From an uncultured bacterium (GTDB lineage: Bacteria; Verrucomicrobiota; Verrucomicrobiia; Verrucomicrobiales; DEV007), in contig CAXBMO010000003.1 of the NCBI GenBank assembly GCA_963977015.1, positions 96,001 through 160,000 of the forward strand: a stretch of DNA of 64,000 bases, given 5' to 3'. This document shows, one piece after another, positions 49,968 through 61,703 of this stretch. Numbering within the stretch: position 1 is the first letter of the stretch; every line of letters begins with the position of its first letter. The translations under genes and the position numbers were made by a program. The notes under the pieces are model-generated. The model saw nothing but the letters and a program-made list of their open reading frames with translations. It made no database searches and was not told the origin of the DNA.

Positions 49968-51778
49968 TCGCACTCATTGAAATCGTCCATCTGCTTTTAA
50001 GCCAGTCAATCTGGCCCTGGCTCGGCGTGCTGGCGTTCGGAGCGATAGGATACTGGTATGGTTATGTTTCCTGGTTTGTTTCGAGACGCAGACTACAGGT
50101 TCTGGTCAGCGAACGAAAACGGTTGGAGGCTTCAATCGCCACGATGCGGAAAGAACTGGGAAATCAGAGCGAGGTTGTGTTGACGGGAGAACGCTCGGAC
50201 GATCCCGATTACGATGATTTCACCGTCCTGCCCGGAATTGACACCTTTGCCTGTGCCCGGCTCCATCAAAAGGGGATTCAGTATTTTGACCAACTTGCAG
50301 AGCTGGAGGACCTGGATGGAGAAGAGCTGGAGCGGTTCCGCCTGAGTTTTGGAATTGGGAAATTCCAACTCGAAGAATGGCGTTGGGCTTGGGACGAGGA
50401 AATCGAACGAGAGACAAGCAGTGCCACACAGCCTTCAGAGCTCAAGGAGGGGCCCAACGTCGAGATTTTACCCATGCTGGGCCCGGTGTTCAAAGCAAAA
50501 CCCGCCGAGACGGACCAATTGACCTTGATGGATGGCATCAGTTTGGCAATTGAGGAGCGGCTTCACCGGAATGGAATCTTCCTTTTCTCCCAGATCGCTG
50601 CTTGGGAGGAGCCGGCGCTGGAAGACATTGAGCGCAAGGTCGCGCTGCCAGTTGGCGCCATCAAGGCCCGGAGATGGAAGGAGCAGGCCCAACTGCTTGG
50701 GGCTTGGGTCGAAGGACTTGCAAGTGAACGGTTTGTCGCGCCGCAAATCGTGGATCACAGAAACGTGATGGAATCGAGTTTTAGAGGACAAGCGGGACTT
50801 CGCGTCGATCAAGCCCTTGGCATGGTGTATGATTTTGAGCCCGACATCGTCGATAAACTCACTGATATTCCAGGAGTTGGTTCTGAGGTCCAGCAGCGGT
50901 TGCACCAATTGGGAGTTTTTCGATTTCGACAAATCAGTTCCTGGTCCACGCCGGTCCTTTGTGAAATTGCCAAAAGGCTGGAGATCGACCATCAGGTGGT
51001 TGAAAGCGAAAAGTGGATCGCGAACGCCGGCCTACTGGACCGGAAGAAATACTCCGCGAGCAAACTGTGGGATTCTGCCCGGCCGACGAAATCCGAGATT
51101 AAAGACGGGATCCGGTCCCAGTTTGAAGCGGAAGATCTGAAAGCAGATGAGGATTTGGGAATCGTCTACCAGGATCGTCCTGATCATGCGGATGATCTGG
51201 AATCGCTGGGGAGTTTGACCGTCAGCCAAATTTTTACGCTCAATGCCTCCGGAGTGTGGTGTTTTCGCCAGATTGCGACGTGGTCAGAAACCAATATCGA
51301 TACGTTCGCTGAACTGTTGGGGATCTCGCCAGAGCTGATCTATCACGAAAATTGGCTCGGGAAAGCTTTGGGATCGGAGTGCAAGGCTTCGCAAAGTCCC
51401 AGCAATGTCGAGTATGCGATTTCCTCCCAAAGCCTCTTGCGCCAGGGCGCGGATCTGGACGAGCGGTTTGGCCTGGTTTATGCGCAGGAACCGAGCCAGG
51501 TGGATGACCTGCAAAAGATTCGCGGAGTCGGCCCGAAACTTGAGGAGCGTCTCAAGGCCTGTGGGATTTATCAATTCCATCAAATTGCGTTGTGGACTCC
51601 TGACGTCGCCCAACAGTTTGCGGAACGTTTGCCCGGCGTCAAAGGTCGCCTTCTCAACGATCGATGGCAGGAGCAAGCCAGAGCCCTTCATGAGCTGACG
51701 TTGCTCTCGCCGCTCAAATCATCAGATCGTAACTATGACGCCGACGAATCAGATGTTCACCTTACCGCTGAACCGTAA
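49964..51778 (+). CDS. TM protein with five helix-hairpin-helix repeats (COG3743-like)
   Basis: Five copies of a D.L..I.G(I/V)...E.RL...GI..F.QIA.W unit; best copy DDLQKIRGVGPKLEERLKACGIYQFHQIALWT. Confidence 0.75.
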   Translation: MIALIEIVHLLLSQSIWPWLGVLAFGAIGYWYGYVSWFVSRRRLQVLVSERKRLEASIATMRKELGNQSEVVLTGERSDDPDYDDFTVLPGIDTFACARLHQKGIQYFDQLAELEDLDGEELERFRLSFGIGKFQLEEWRWAWDEEIERETSSATQPSELKEGPNVEILPMLGPVFKAKPAETDQLTLMDGISLAIEERLHRNGIFLFSQIAAWEEPALEDIERKVALPVGAIKARRWKEQAQLLGAWVEGLASERFVAPQIVDHRNVMESSFRGQAGLRVDQALGMVYDFEPDIVDKLTDIPGVGSEVQQRLHQLGVFRFRQISSWSTPVLCEIAKRLEIDHQVVESEKWIANAGLLDRKKYSASKLWDSARPTKSEIKDGIRSQFEAEDLKADEDLGIVYQDRPDHADDLESLGSLTVSQIFTLNASGVWCFRQIATWSETNIDTFAELLGISPELIYHENWLGKALGSECKASQSPSNVEYAISSQSLLRQGADLDERFGLVYAQEPSQVDDLQKIRGVGPKLEERLKACGIYQFHQIALWTPDVAQQFAERLPGVKGRLLNDRWQEQARALHELTLLSPLKSSDRNYDADESDVHLTAEP

Positions 51779-52050
51779 AGGAAGATCCAACCGCAGCTCC
51801 ACAGGCGGTAACGTTCTTGTAGGGGGTCTTAAAGTTTCACCCGTAAACGGAATCCTCGTATAAACGGGCATTTTCTAAACGGCCTGAGAATCGCGTAGAA
51901 TTCCTTGCGTGGGCCACCGGTCGGTGTAGCTCAACGGAATTTCGGGCATTTCGGAGCTACGATTCAGCAGATACTGAGTGCCGAACAAAAGACCAATTTA
52001 TCAGCGTCTTCTCTAAAATCACCATAATCCAACTGAACCACTACCATTCC

Positions 52051-52078
52051 GTTTTACATGATAAATATTGTGCGCACC
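52051..52078 (-). other. Putative dif site (XerCD recombination site)
   Basis: Minus strand GGTGCGCACAA-TATTTA-TCATGTAAAAC versus E. coli dif GGTGCGCATAA-TGTATA-TTATGTTAAAT: 10/11 and 8/11 arm matches, 6-bp AT spacer, AT-rich intergenic location. Confidence 0.75.
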
Positions 52079-52184
52079 TATAAATCGGCTGATACAGCGA
52101 GGGCTTTCCGGGAGATTTGGTCGAATGCGGCGAATATTGCTGGGTGTGGTCAGTTCTAACGGAGCAACTGAAACACGATCACCG

Positions 52185-52376
52185 ATGAATCCAGCAAAAA
52201 AACGAAACCAAAGACCAATCGTCGTAGAGTCAACGGGGCCTCAAGGTTTTCACCAAAGACCTACCGAAGAGGAGTTGAGAACGCTGGCCGAGGAAATCGT
52301 GGAGTATTGCCCGAGCCTTGCCCAATTGCTGATCGCGGTGGCCTGCAGAAAGGCGTCCTACATGGGCCCGAACTAG
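52185..52376 (+). CDS. Small hypothetical protein
   Basis: 63-aa ORF (MNPAKKRNQRP...) filling the gap between dif and the TPR gene; no recognisable motif. Confidence 0.35.
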   Translation: MNPAKKRNQRPIVVESTGPQGFHQRPTEEELRTLAEEIVEYCPSLAQLLIAVACRKASYMGPN

Positions 52377-52486
52377 AGCCATCTTGCGCTGCTCCCACGC
52401 ACCGAATGTTCTCGCGGATTTCTTGGTCTGGAGCGTATTGCGGGTTGCCACGGGGAAACAAGGCTTTCCGGTGACCATGCCGGAAT

Positions 52487-53509
52487 TCAGTTGGCCGGTG
52501 GCTGGAGCGCCAAATGAGAAAGCTGAAGATCGAGACTGCGGGAAAAGCAATCAACCGCGCTCTGGCTTTCTTCCGTGTAGGATTGAACGAGGGCGAGACT
52601 GGAATAGAGCAGGCTGAGAGGCCAGCGGGCGGAGTTTTCCATCTTTTCCTGGCGTGAGATCGCTGCCTCATACCATTGTTTGGCCGTTTCAAACTCTCCG
52701 TGCTGGGTGTAGACGGTGGCCAAGGTGACTTCGAGTTCCACCATTTCGGTCGGGCACTCGACCTGCTGGGCGTGACGATAGGCTTCCAGGAGATGATTGA
52801 CGGCCGCGTTGGGCTCGTCCTTCCGAAAGGTGATGTTCGCCAGTTGTTTGAAGAGGCGCATATTCTCCAAAGCGGTGGAATCTGGTGCTTGTTCCAGCAC
52901 TGCGACGGCCTCCAGCACGACTTCCAGAGCCTTGTCGTATTGAGAGATTTGCGCGTAAACGCTGCCAAGCTCTGAGCGCAGTTGAGCGAGGCGCACAGGT
53001 TTGACCGTGCAGGAATTCTCGTAAACCTGGATGGCTTTTTCGTAGTGGGCTTCCGCCGATTGATAGTCATCCAGGACAAAGGACAAAAGCCCGCGAGCAG
53101 CTTCAATTTTGACCTGTTGCTCGCTCATGGAGATGCTTGCGCCGGCTTCGAGGACTTCCTGGGCCTTATCGAAGGCTTCCTTCGCCTTGGCGAACTCCCC
53201 GCAACGTTGCAGATTTGCCCCGTGGGCAAGGTGGAGCTCGATCAAACCAATCGAGTTGGAGGAAGAGTTGAGGACTGCGACCTTGAGGGCGCGTTCGAAT
53301 TCCTGAGCGGCTGTCGCATGATCACCGTGTTTTGCGGCGCGTTCCGCTTTGATCCGAATGGAGTTTAGCTCGTCTGGCCCGATGCGAAGTTCTTTCTTGG
53401 GCTCCGCCGGCTTCTGCTTTTTGACGCCATTGGACTGATCCTCCATATCTTTGAGGATCTTTTCAAAAATTCGACTGCGATGTTCGCGTTCGAGCATTTG
53501 TGGTGACAT
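52487..53509 (-). CDS. Tetratricopeptide repeat protein
   Basis: Repeated LG..Y....YD.A...Y..A. helical pairs. Confidence 0.85.
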   Translation of the reverse strand: MSPQMLEREHRSRIFEKILKDMEDQSNGVKKQKPAEPKKELRIGPDELNSIRIKAERAAKHGDHATAAQEFERALKVAVLNSSSNSIGLIELHLAHGANLQRCGEFAKAKEAFDKAQEVLEAGASISMSEQQVKIEAARGLLSFVLDDYQSAEAHYEKAIQVYENSCTVKPVRLAQLRSELGSVYAQISQYDKALEVVLEAVAVLEQAPDSTALENMRLFKQLANITFRKDEPNAAVNHLLEAYRHAQQVECPTEMVELEVTLATVYTQHGEFETAKQWYEAAISRQEKMENSARWPLSLLYSSLALVQSYTEESQSAVDCFSRSLDLQLSHLALQPPAN

Positions 53510-53724
53510 GGATCGTTTTCTCAGGCGCTCTTAGATGTTAGTCGTTTCGGGCAAGGTCACAAGTCAGCAAATAAACAACTTTCGCCAGCCGCTGCTCATT
53601 AGAACTGAATCTTTTGTGACTCATTCAATCGATGATGGCGGCATTCTTCCTGCCGGGACGTTCGGAGGCATTCCCGCGGAGCGGAAAAGGTTGCGTTTCC
53701 AGGGCGGGCGGGATTTGCTGGGTG

Positions 53725-54924
53725 ATGTTCAGCCCCGATCATCGCCAACGGCTAGAGGAGACGCTCGACGAAATTGAGACCGCAGGATTGAGGAAAAACG
53801 AGCGCATCTTGACCAGTTCGCAGTCCAGCGGGATTTCGGTAGCCTCCCGCGAGTCCGAAGTTCTCAACATGTGTGCGAACAATTATTTGGGACTCGCAAA
53901 CCATCCGGAGCTCATCAATGCGGCCAAAGAGGCGTTGGACCGGTGGGGATTCGGAATGGCCTCCGTCCGATTCATTTGTGGCACTCAATCACTCCACAAG
54001 GAGTTGGAAGCGTCCATCTCAAGCTTTCTTGGCACGGACGACACCATTTTGTATTCCTCCTGCTTCGATGCCAATGGCGGTCTGTTTGAGACGATTCTGG
54101 GGCCGGAGGATGCGGTGATTAGTGATAGCCTGAATCATGCCAGCATTATTGATGGGATCCGCCTCTGTAAAGCCCGGCGCTTTCGATACGCGAATCGCGA
54201 TCTCAATGAGCTGGAAGAGCGATTGCGCGAGGCTCGGGAGGGGGGAGCGAGGTCTGTGCTCATTGCGACCGACGGCGTTTTTTCGATGGACGGACATCTT
54301 GCCGATCTGCCGGGAATTTGTGATTTGGCGGAGAAATATGAGGCGCTGGTCATGGTGGACGATAGTCACGCCACGGGATTTGTTGGCGAGCATGGCGGGG
54401 GGACACCCGAACTGCACGGGGTCTCAAATCGCATTGATATTCTCACCAGCACGTTGGGCAAGGCTTTGGGTGGGGCTTCCGGTGGCTTCACCAGTGGCCG
54501 CAAACCGATCATCGATTTGCTCCGTCAACGGAGTCGGCCGTATCTATTTTCCAATTCGCTGGCTCCTTCGATTGCCGCCGCGACGATGGCGGCCCTGAAG
54601 TTGGCAAGGTCTCCGGAAGGTGCGGCGTTGCGGGAAACGCTCAGGAGCAACACGAAACTCTTCCGGAAGTTGATGACGGATTCCGGGTTTGAGATCGTTC
54701 CGGGAGATCATCCCATCACACCGGTCATGCTGGGAGATGCCAAGATGGCCGGAAAAATGGCCGAACTCCTTTTGGAAGAGGGGATTTACGCGATCGCCTT
54801 TTCGTTTCCGGTTGTTCCGGAGGGAAAAGCCAGGATTCGGACGCAGATTTCAGCGGCGCATACCCCGGATCAACTCAAGCTGGCACACCGTGTGTTCGTG
54901 AACGCGCGAAGCCGGATGAATTAA
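53725..54924 (+). CDS. kbl: Glycine C-acetyltransferase (2-amino-3-ketobutyrate CoA ligase)
   Basis: [64 protein letters not shown]. Confidence 0.96.
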   Translation: MFSPDHRQRLEETLDEIETAGLRKNERILTSSQSSGISVASRESEVLNMCANNYLGLANHPELINAAKEALDRWGFGMASVRFICGTQSLHKELEASISSFLGTDDTILYSSCFDANGGLFETILGPEDAVISDSLNHASIIDGIRLCKARRFRYANRDLNELEERLREAREGGARSVLIATDGVFSMDGHLADLPGICDLAEKYEALVMVDDSHATGFVGEHGGGTPELHGVSNRIDILTSTLGKALGGASGGFTSGRKPIIDLLRQRSRPYLFSNSLAPSIAAATMAALKLARSPEGAALRETLRSNTKLFRKLMTDSGFEIVPGDHPITPVMLGDAKMAGKMAELLLEEGIYAIAFSFPVVPEGKARIRTQISAAHTPDQLKLAHRVFVNARSRMN

Positions 54925-54945
54925 GGTCATCCGCCCTTCCTCAAA

Positions 54946-55020
54946 TGGTGCTCGGTACAAGACTTGAACTTGTGACCCCCTGCGTGTGAAGCAGGTGCTC
55001 TACCACTGAGCTAACCGAGC
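54946..55020 (-). tRNA. tRNA-Val(CAC)
   Basis: Minus strand GCTCGGTTAGCTCAGTGGTAGAGCA CCTGC-TTCACAC-GCAGG GGGTC ACAAG-TTCAAGT-CTTGT ACCGAGC ACCA. Confidence 0.96.
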
Positions 55021-55067
55021 ATTTTTGAGAGAGGAGGATCTTAGCTGCTGTTCCGCAATCTGCAACT

Positions 55068-56618
55068 TCAAGCGCCCTTCTTCTTGGCGCCAGGGTTGGC
55101 CGGCTTCTTTTTGCGGCGACTGGTCTCCGGGTCCTCGTCCGGGAGCTGGTATTCGACGCGAAGTCGATCGAGCTCCGCCGTCATCTCTTTGATCTTGGCC
55201 GCATATTCCGGATTGGAGAATTCGCTCTTCATTTCATTGGGGTCCTTCGAAAGATCAAAGAGCTCCCATTCGCCTTTTTCATAGTAATTGATGAGCTTGA
55301 ACGTTCCGTCAGTGACTCCGTAGTGCCGCGCGACGCTGTGCGCTCCGGGGAATTCGTAGTAGTGGTAGTAGAAGGTTTTTCTCCAATCCTCGGGAGTATT
55401 GCCCTTAAAAATCGGCACCAAACTGCGGCCCTGCATATCCCCTGGCAACGGTGCCTCGGCCAAATCAAGAAAGGTTTGCGCGAAATCCAGGTTGGAGACG
55501 ATATCGTCGTTGATCGTCCCGGGTTTGGTCATTTTTGGCCACCGGACCAGAAGGGGAGTCTTGAGCGATTCTTCATACATCCAGCGCTTGTCGAACCAAC
55601 CGTGTTCCCCGAGATACCACCCCTGGTCGGACGAATAAATGACGATCGTGTTCTCAGCCAGGCCGGCCGAATCCAGATAATCGAGGATTTCACCAATTCC
55701 ATCGTCGACCGACTTCACACAGCGCATGTAGTCTTTCACGTATCGCTGATACTTCCATTTGATGATCTCTTCGGGCGTCATTGAATCCCGTTTGGCCAGA
55801 TAAGCTTCGTTCTTTGGGTTGTAGGCGGCGTCCCACGCCTCCCTTTGCGCTGGGGTGAGATTCCCCGGAGCTTTGAGCTTGAGATCGGCCTCATTGAGGT
55901 GACGAGAAATCGTCATGGTTTGCTCCGCCGCAGCCGATGCCCGATTGGAATAGTCGTCCCAGAGCGTTTCGGGCTCCGGAATCTCAACATCATCCAGCCA
56001 GGTCAAATACTTGGGCGCGGGCTGCCAATTCCGGTGTGGCGCCTTGTGCTGATACATCAGCATGAAGGGTTTTTCGGTGTCGCGCTGATCCTTCAGCCAA
56101 GCGAGGGTCTTTTCGGTGATGATTTCGGTGGTGTAACCGGTGTGCGGTCGCGTTACCGGGTTGCCATCCTCACCTTCGGTGATCATCGGCGGATTGTAGT
56201 AGGGACCCTGCCCCTTCAAGACATCGTAGTAATCGTATCCCTGAGGAGTGGTTCCTAGATGCCATTTGCCGACCACTGCAGTTTGGTAGCCTGCTTTTTG
56301 GAGCAACTTCGGAAAAGTCTGTTGATCGCCGTTGAACCGTTGCCCGTTGGTCATGAAACCGTTGAGGTGGCTGTATTTTCCAGTTTGGATCACCGCACGA
56401 CTGGGGCCGCAAATTCCGTTGGTCACATAGCAGCGATTGAATAGCATCCCTTCTTGAGCGATCCGATCCATATTCGGCGTCGTCATGCGCGATGGATCAT
56501 AGGCACTCAAGGCCTGTTGGCAGTGATCATCCGTAAAAATGAACACGATGTTGGGCCGCGCCTGGGCAGAGGTTAACAGCGCAGAGACCAGGAGCAGAAG
56601 GACGAAATGGGGTTTCAT
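55068..56618 (-). CDS. Sulfatase (Cys-type, intact)
   Basis: PNIVFIFTDDH, ICGPSR, GKWHLG, HKAPH, YSSDQG, DKRWMYEES. Confidence 0.95.
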   Translation of the reverse strand: MKPHFVLLLLVSALLTSAQARPNIVFIFTDDHCQQALSAYDPSRMTTPNMDRIAQEGMLFNRCYVTNGICGPSRAVIQTGKYSHLNGFMTNGQRFNGDQQTFPKLLQKAGYQTAVVGKWHLGTTPQGYDYYDVLKGQGPYYNPPMITEGEDGNPVTRPHTGYTTEIITEKTLAWLKDQRDTEKPFMLMYQHKAPHRNWQPAPKYLTWLDDVEIPEPETLWDDYSNRASAAAEQTMTISRHLNEADLKLKAPGNLTPAQREAWDAAYNPKNEAYLAKRDSMTPEEIIKWKYQRYVKDYMRCVKSVDDGIGEILDYLDSAGLAENTIVIYSSDQGWYLGEHGWFDKRWMYEESLKTPLLVRWPKMTKPGTINDDIVSNLDFAQTFLDLAEAPLPGDMQGRSLVPIFKGNTPEDWRKTFYYHYYEFPGAHSVARHYGVTDGTFKLINYYEKGEWELFDLSKDPNEMKSEFSNPEYAAKIKEMTAELDRLRVEYQLPDEDPETSRRKKKPANPGAKKKGA

Positions 56619-56727
56619 GGAAAGCACCCATGCATTGGGAGACGCCCAACGCAAACCCGGGAAGGGTTGGAGGTCCGTTTTCCTCACAAAACTTGACTTC
56701 CCGGCCCAAGTGCGAACTCTTCATTCT

Positions 56728-57291
56728 GTGAAACCCTCCCTCCTTCTTGTTGCCCTGTTCAGCTTTGGCTTGGCCGTCTCTCACGGACAGAGCCCGTCCC
56801 AGATTGCGGTTGTTGACATGATTGTCGTCTTCAAAGCGCATCCGAAAACCGCCGTCGCCGAGTCGACCCTGGAGAAAAAGCAAAAGGCAGCGCGGGAGGT
56901 CTTTGTTGAGAAGAAAAAGGAGCTGGAAGAGATCCTCCGAAAGCATCAGTCGGTGACGCAAAAGCTGGTTACGGCTGGAAGTAGCGCCACTTCCTCCGAC
57001 AAGGGGCTTGCAAAAACCTACCTCGAAGAGGCGAGCAAGGTCGAGAAAGAGATTGCGACGCTTCGGACGACGCAGGCGACCGACCTGAAGAACGAATATG
57101 TGAGGGAGAGGCGGCAGATCATGAATGATATCACGGAAGCGATAGCCACCTTCAACGGTGATGGAAACTATGCGCTGGTTCTGGATCGTTCCGCCGAATC
57201 GGCCAACGGCATTCCGCAGGTTCTTCACGCTCCCGGAGTGAAAGACATTACGGCGGAGATCGTTTCGCTGGTGAAGGCCGCAAAGCCGTGA
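56728..57291 (+). CDS. OmpH/Skp family periplasmic chaperone
   Basis: Signal peptide, IAVVDM, long coiled coil, YALVLD, DITAEIV. Confidence 0.85.
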   Translation: MKPSLLLVALFSFGLAVSHGQSPSQIAVVDMIVVFKAHPKTAVAESTLEKKQKAAREVFVEKKKELEEILRKHQSVTQKLVTAGSSATSSDKGLAKTYLEEASKVEKEIATLRTTQATDLKNEYVRERRQIMNDITEAIATFNGDGNYALVLDRSAESANGIPQVLHAPGVKDITAEIVSLVKAAKP

Positions 57292-58373
57292 GCAAGGTCG
57301 TTCTACCCGTCGATCGTCTGGCCGAATTGTGGCCACTCAGCAATTCCGGGGACCGTGTCGGCGCTCTGCTTCACGGGGCTTCCACGACCTCTGCCCTCGT
57401 GCCAACGTTGCACGAGCTGGAGCGCTTGAATGGCGACCGTTTCCACCTGCACAGCCTCTTCGGGCCTCAGCATGGGTTCTCCGGGACCACCCAGGATAAC
57501 ATGATTGAATGGGAGGGATTTCAGCATCCGCGCCTGAACATTCCCGTTTATAGCCTTTACGGAGAGCATCGCGAGCCTTCTGCGGCGATGCTTGAAGGTT
57601 TGGATGCTCTTTTTGTCGATCTCGTCGATGTCGGTGCCCGCTATTACACCTTTATCTGGACCCTGTTTCTCTGCATGAAAGCTTGCGAGAAGGCCGGGAT
57701 CCACGTGATCGTCGCCGATCGCCCCAACCCAATCAACGGTGTCACGATCGAAGGCGAGCCCCAGGATTCCGAATACCTTTCATTCGTCGGGCTTCATCCC
57801 ATTCCGGTTCGTCACGGAAAAACGATTGGCCAGCTCGCAACACAGTTTCAGGCCGAGGTGTTTCCGGACTGCAAACTCACCGTTCTTCCTCTGGACGGCT
57901 GGGATCCCGAATCCTATTTCGAAGACACCGGCTTACCCTGGATCATGCCTAGTCCAAACATGCCGACCGTCGATACTGCCGTGGTTTACCCGGGCATGTG
58001 CCTGCTGGAAGGCAGCAATTTGAGCGAAGGACGCGGTACCACCCGCCCGTTTGAGCTCTTTGGCGCGCCCTGGATCGATTCCGAAGAATACGTGGACCGC
58101 TTGAACCGCCTCGGCCTCGCGGGATGCCATTTCCGCCCCGTCAATTTTGAGCCAACGTTTCAGAAACATGCGCGAAAGGTTTGCGGCGGAGCGCAGCTTC
58201 ACGTGACCGAGCGCGGAGCCTTTCAGCCTCTGGAAACAGCGATTCAGATCCTGACCGTTACTCGAGAACGTTACGATTCATTTGCCTGGAATCCGCCACC
58301 TTACGAATACGAGGAAGAGAAGCTTCCGATCGAAATTCTGCTCGGCGGTCCGGTGGAAAACACGTTTCCCTAG
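57288..58373 (+). CDS. Exo-beta-N-acetylmuramidase NamZ (DUF1343) family
   Basis: LFGPQHG, VYSLYG, DVGARYYT, DRPNP, PSPNMP, YPGMCLLEG, SEGRGTTRPFE. Confidence 0.92.
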   Translation: MSKVVLPVDRLAELWPLSNSGDRVGALLHGASTTSALVPTLHELERLNGDRFHLHSLFGPQHGFSGTTQDNMIEWEGFQHPRLNIPVYSLYGEHREPSAAMLEGLDALFVDLVDVGARYYTFIWTLFLCMKACEKAGIHVIVADRPNPINGVTIEGEPQDSEYLSFVGLHPIPVRHGKTIGQLATQFQAEVFPDCKLTVLPLDGWDPESYFEDTGLPWIMPSPNMPTVDTAVVYPGMCLLEGSNLSEGRGTTRPFELFGAPWIDSEEYVDRLNRLGLAGCHFRPVNFEPTFQKHARKVCGGAQLHVTERGAFQPLETAIQILTVTRERYDSFAWNPPPYEYEEEKLPIEILLGGPVENTFP

Positions 58374-58374
58374 C

Positions 58375-59517
58375 CTAGCGCCGGCTCAATCGCCAAAAGA
58401 GGACCAGACCGAGTGATAGAAACACCAAATTGGGTGTCCACATCAGAAGGTGGGGGAACGCATCCGGATTCTCGTGAAACATCTCCGCAATCACGATGAA
58501 CAGGAAATAGGCAATCGCGATGATGAGGCTCAGTGCGAATCCGACGGTGGTTTCGCGCCGCTGTGCGGTGATCCCCAGCGGGATGCCGATAAACGTAAAG
58601 GTGATGCAGGCCATCGAAAGGGAGAATCGTTTGTGAAACTCCGTCAGCAGAGTCGATTTGCGTTTGGGATCGTCATTTGCATCCCGAATTTCCCTTCCCA
58701 ATTCCGCAACGGTCATGAAACTGGGCCGTTCCTTGCGATGGCGCTCCTTTAATTCGGCCAACGAGAGCTGGAGAATCGCCTCTCCCGGCTGAACCATCTG
58801 CGCTTTGTTGAAATCGCGAGCTTCAATTCCAGAAGCCTTTTCGAGGTGAGCTTTGGTGAGCTCCAAATAGAGGTCGTCGTTGTTCCCTGGCTCAAATCCG
58901 ATAATGGCCTCGTCGGCTTGCACGAACATTTCTGGGCGCTTGCGGTCTGACAGCTTCACCAACTGGAGGTTTTTGAGAAGGTATTGGCCGGATTCTTCAT
59001 CGATCAACTCGCGCTCGGTCGTAAACAGCGAGTAACCGGGAAGCGTGTTGACCACCTCATCGTTCACAAACATCGCGCCTGGGTTCTCGGTCGCCAGTTC
59101 AAAGAAAATCTGCGCGATTTTGGCCTGAGACTTGGGAGCGACCTCCACATTCATCAAAAACGTGAAGCAGGTCATCAGAATGCTGATTACAAAGACGGGC
59201 GTGCAAATTCTCGCCATGCTCAGTCCTGCCATTCGCAAAGCGGTCAGCTCGTTGTCGGCTGAAAGTCTCCCGAAAATCAGGAGGATCGAGGTCAAGCACG
59301 CCCATGGAATGGTGAAAATCAGGGAAAACGGCAACACGTTGGAGGCAAATTCGAACACGAATCCCCATCCGAGTTCAGGGTGTTGGCTCAAGACGCCGAT
59401 TAATTTCTTGAACAGATTCGCCAAGACCAACACCACGCTCAACACGATGGTTGCGGCGATAATGGAGCCGAGGAGCTGTTTCCCGATGTATCGGTCGAAT
59501 ATCTTTAAATTCAGCAT
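58375..59517 (-). CDS. LptF/LptG family LPS export permease
   Basis: IFDRYI, GRLSADNELTALRMAGLS, EFHKRFS, IGIPLG, WTPNL. Confidence 0.92.
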   Translation of the reverse strand: MLNLKIFDRYIGKQLLGSIIAATIVLSVVLVLANLFKKLIGVLSQHPELGWGFVFEFASNVLPFSLIFTIPWACLTSILLIFGRLSADNELTALRMAGLSMARICTPVFVISILMTCFTFLMNVEVAPKSQAKIAQIFFELATENPGAMFVNDEVVNTLPGYSLFTTERELIDEESGQYLLKNLQLVKLSDRKRPEMFVQADEAIIGFEPGNNDDLYLELTKAHLEKASGIEARDFNKAQMVQPGEAILQLSLAELKERHRKERPSFMTVAELGREIRDANDDPKRKSTLLTEFHKRFSLSMACITFTFIGIPLGITAQRRETTVGFALSLIIAIAYFLFIVIAEMFHENPDAFPHLLMWTPNLVFLSLGLVLFWRLSRR

Positions 59518-59544
59518 AGTGAAAAGACGCCGTCGAACCTCGCG

Positions 59545-59573
59545 TTGACTTTGAGTCCTGGCAAACGTATAAA
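59545..59573 (+). promoter_or_regulatory. Sigma70-type promoter for the TPP riboswitch-thiC transcript
   Basis: TTGACT-17 bp-TATAAA immediately upstream of the riboswitch. Confidence 0.65.
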
Positions 59574-59581
59574 TTCTACGA

Positions 59582-59685
59582 AACGACGGGGGCGCTGATG
59601 GAACTATTCATCGGCTGAGATCCTGCTAGATGCGGGAAACCCTTGGAACCTGAAGCGGATAATGCCGTCGCAGGGAGCTCGATCG
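59582..59685 (+). ncRNA. TPP riboswitch
   Basis: CGGGGGCGC...GGCTGAGA...ACCCTTGGAACCTGAAGCGGATAATGCCGTCGCAGGGA directly upstream of thiC; boundaries approximate. Confidence 0.93.
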
Positions 59686-59723
59686 GTGGATCCCGGTTTG
59701 CAGTGGCCTCGTCTTTTGATTGA

Positions 59724-61667
<1,944 letters not shown>

Positions 61668-61703
61668 AAGGAAGGTCCCCTGCTTGCGAAACCGGAGCTG
61701 ACG

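Noticed and set aside
51830-51900. Purine-riboswitch-like words (CCGTAAA, TCGTATAA)
   Set aside because: Wrong order, no P2/P3 stems, and no purine gene downstream.
52261-53106. 281-aa alternative-frame ORF overlapping the TPR gene (possible frameshift extension)
   Set aside because: No TPR-like or other recognisable pattern; the TPR ORF ends plausibly on its own.
53510-53724. Possible glycine riboswitch upstream of kbl
   Set aside because: Conserved GGAGA/CCGAAG/CTCTCAGG elements are not present in the required arrangement.
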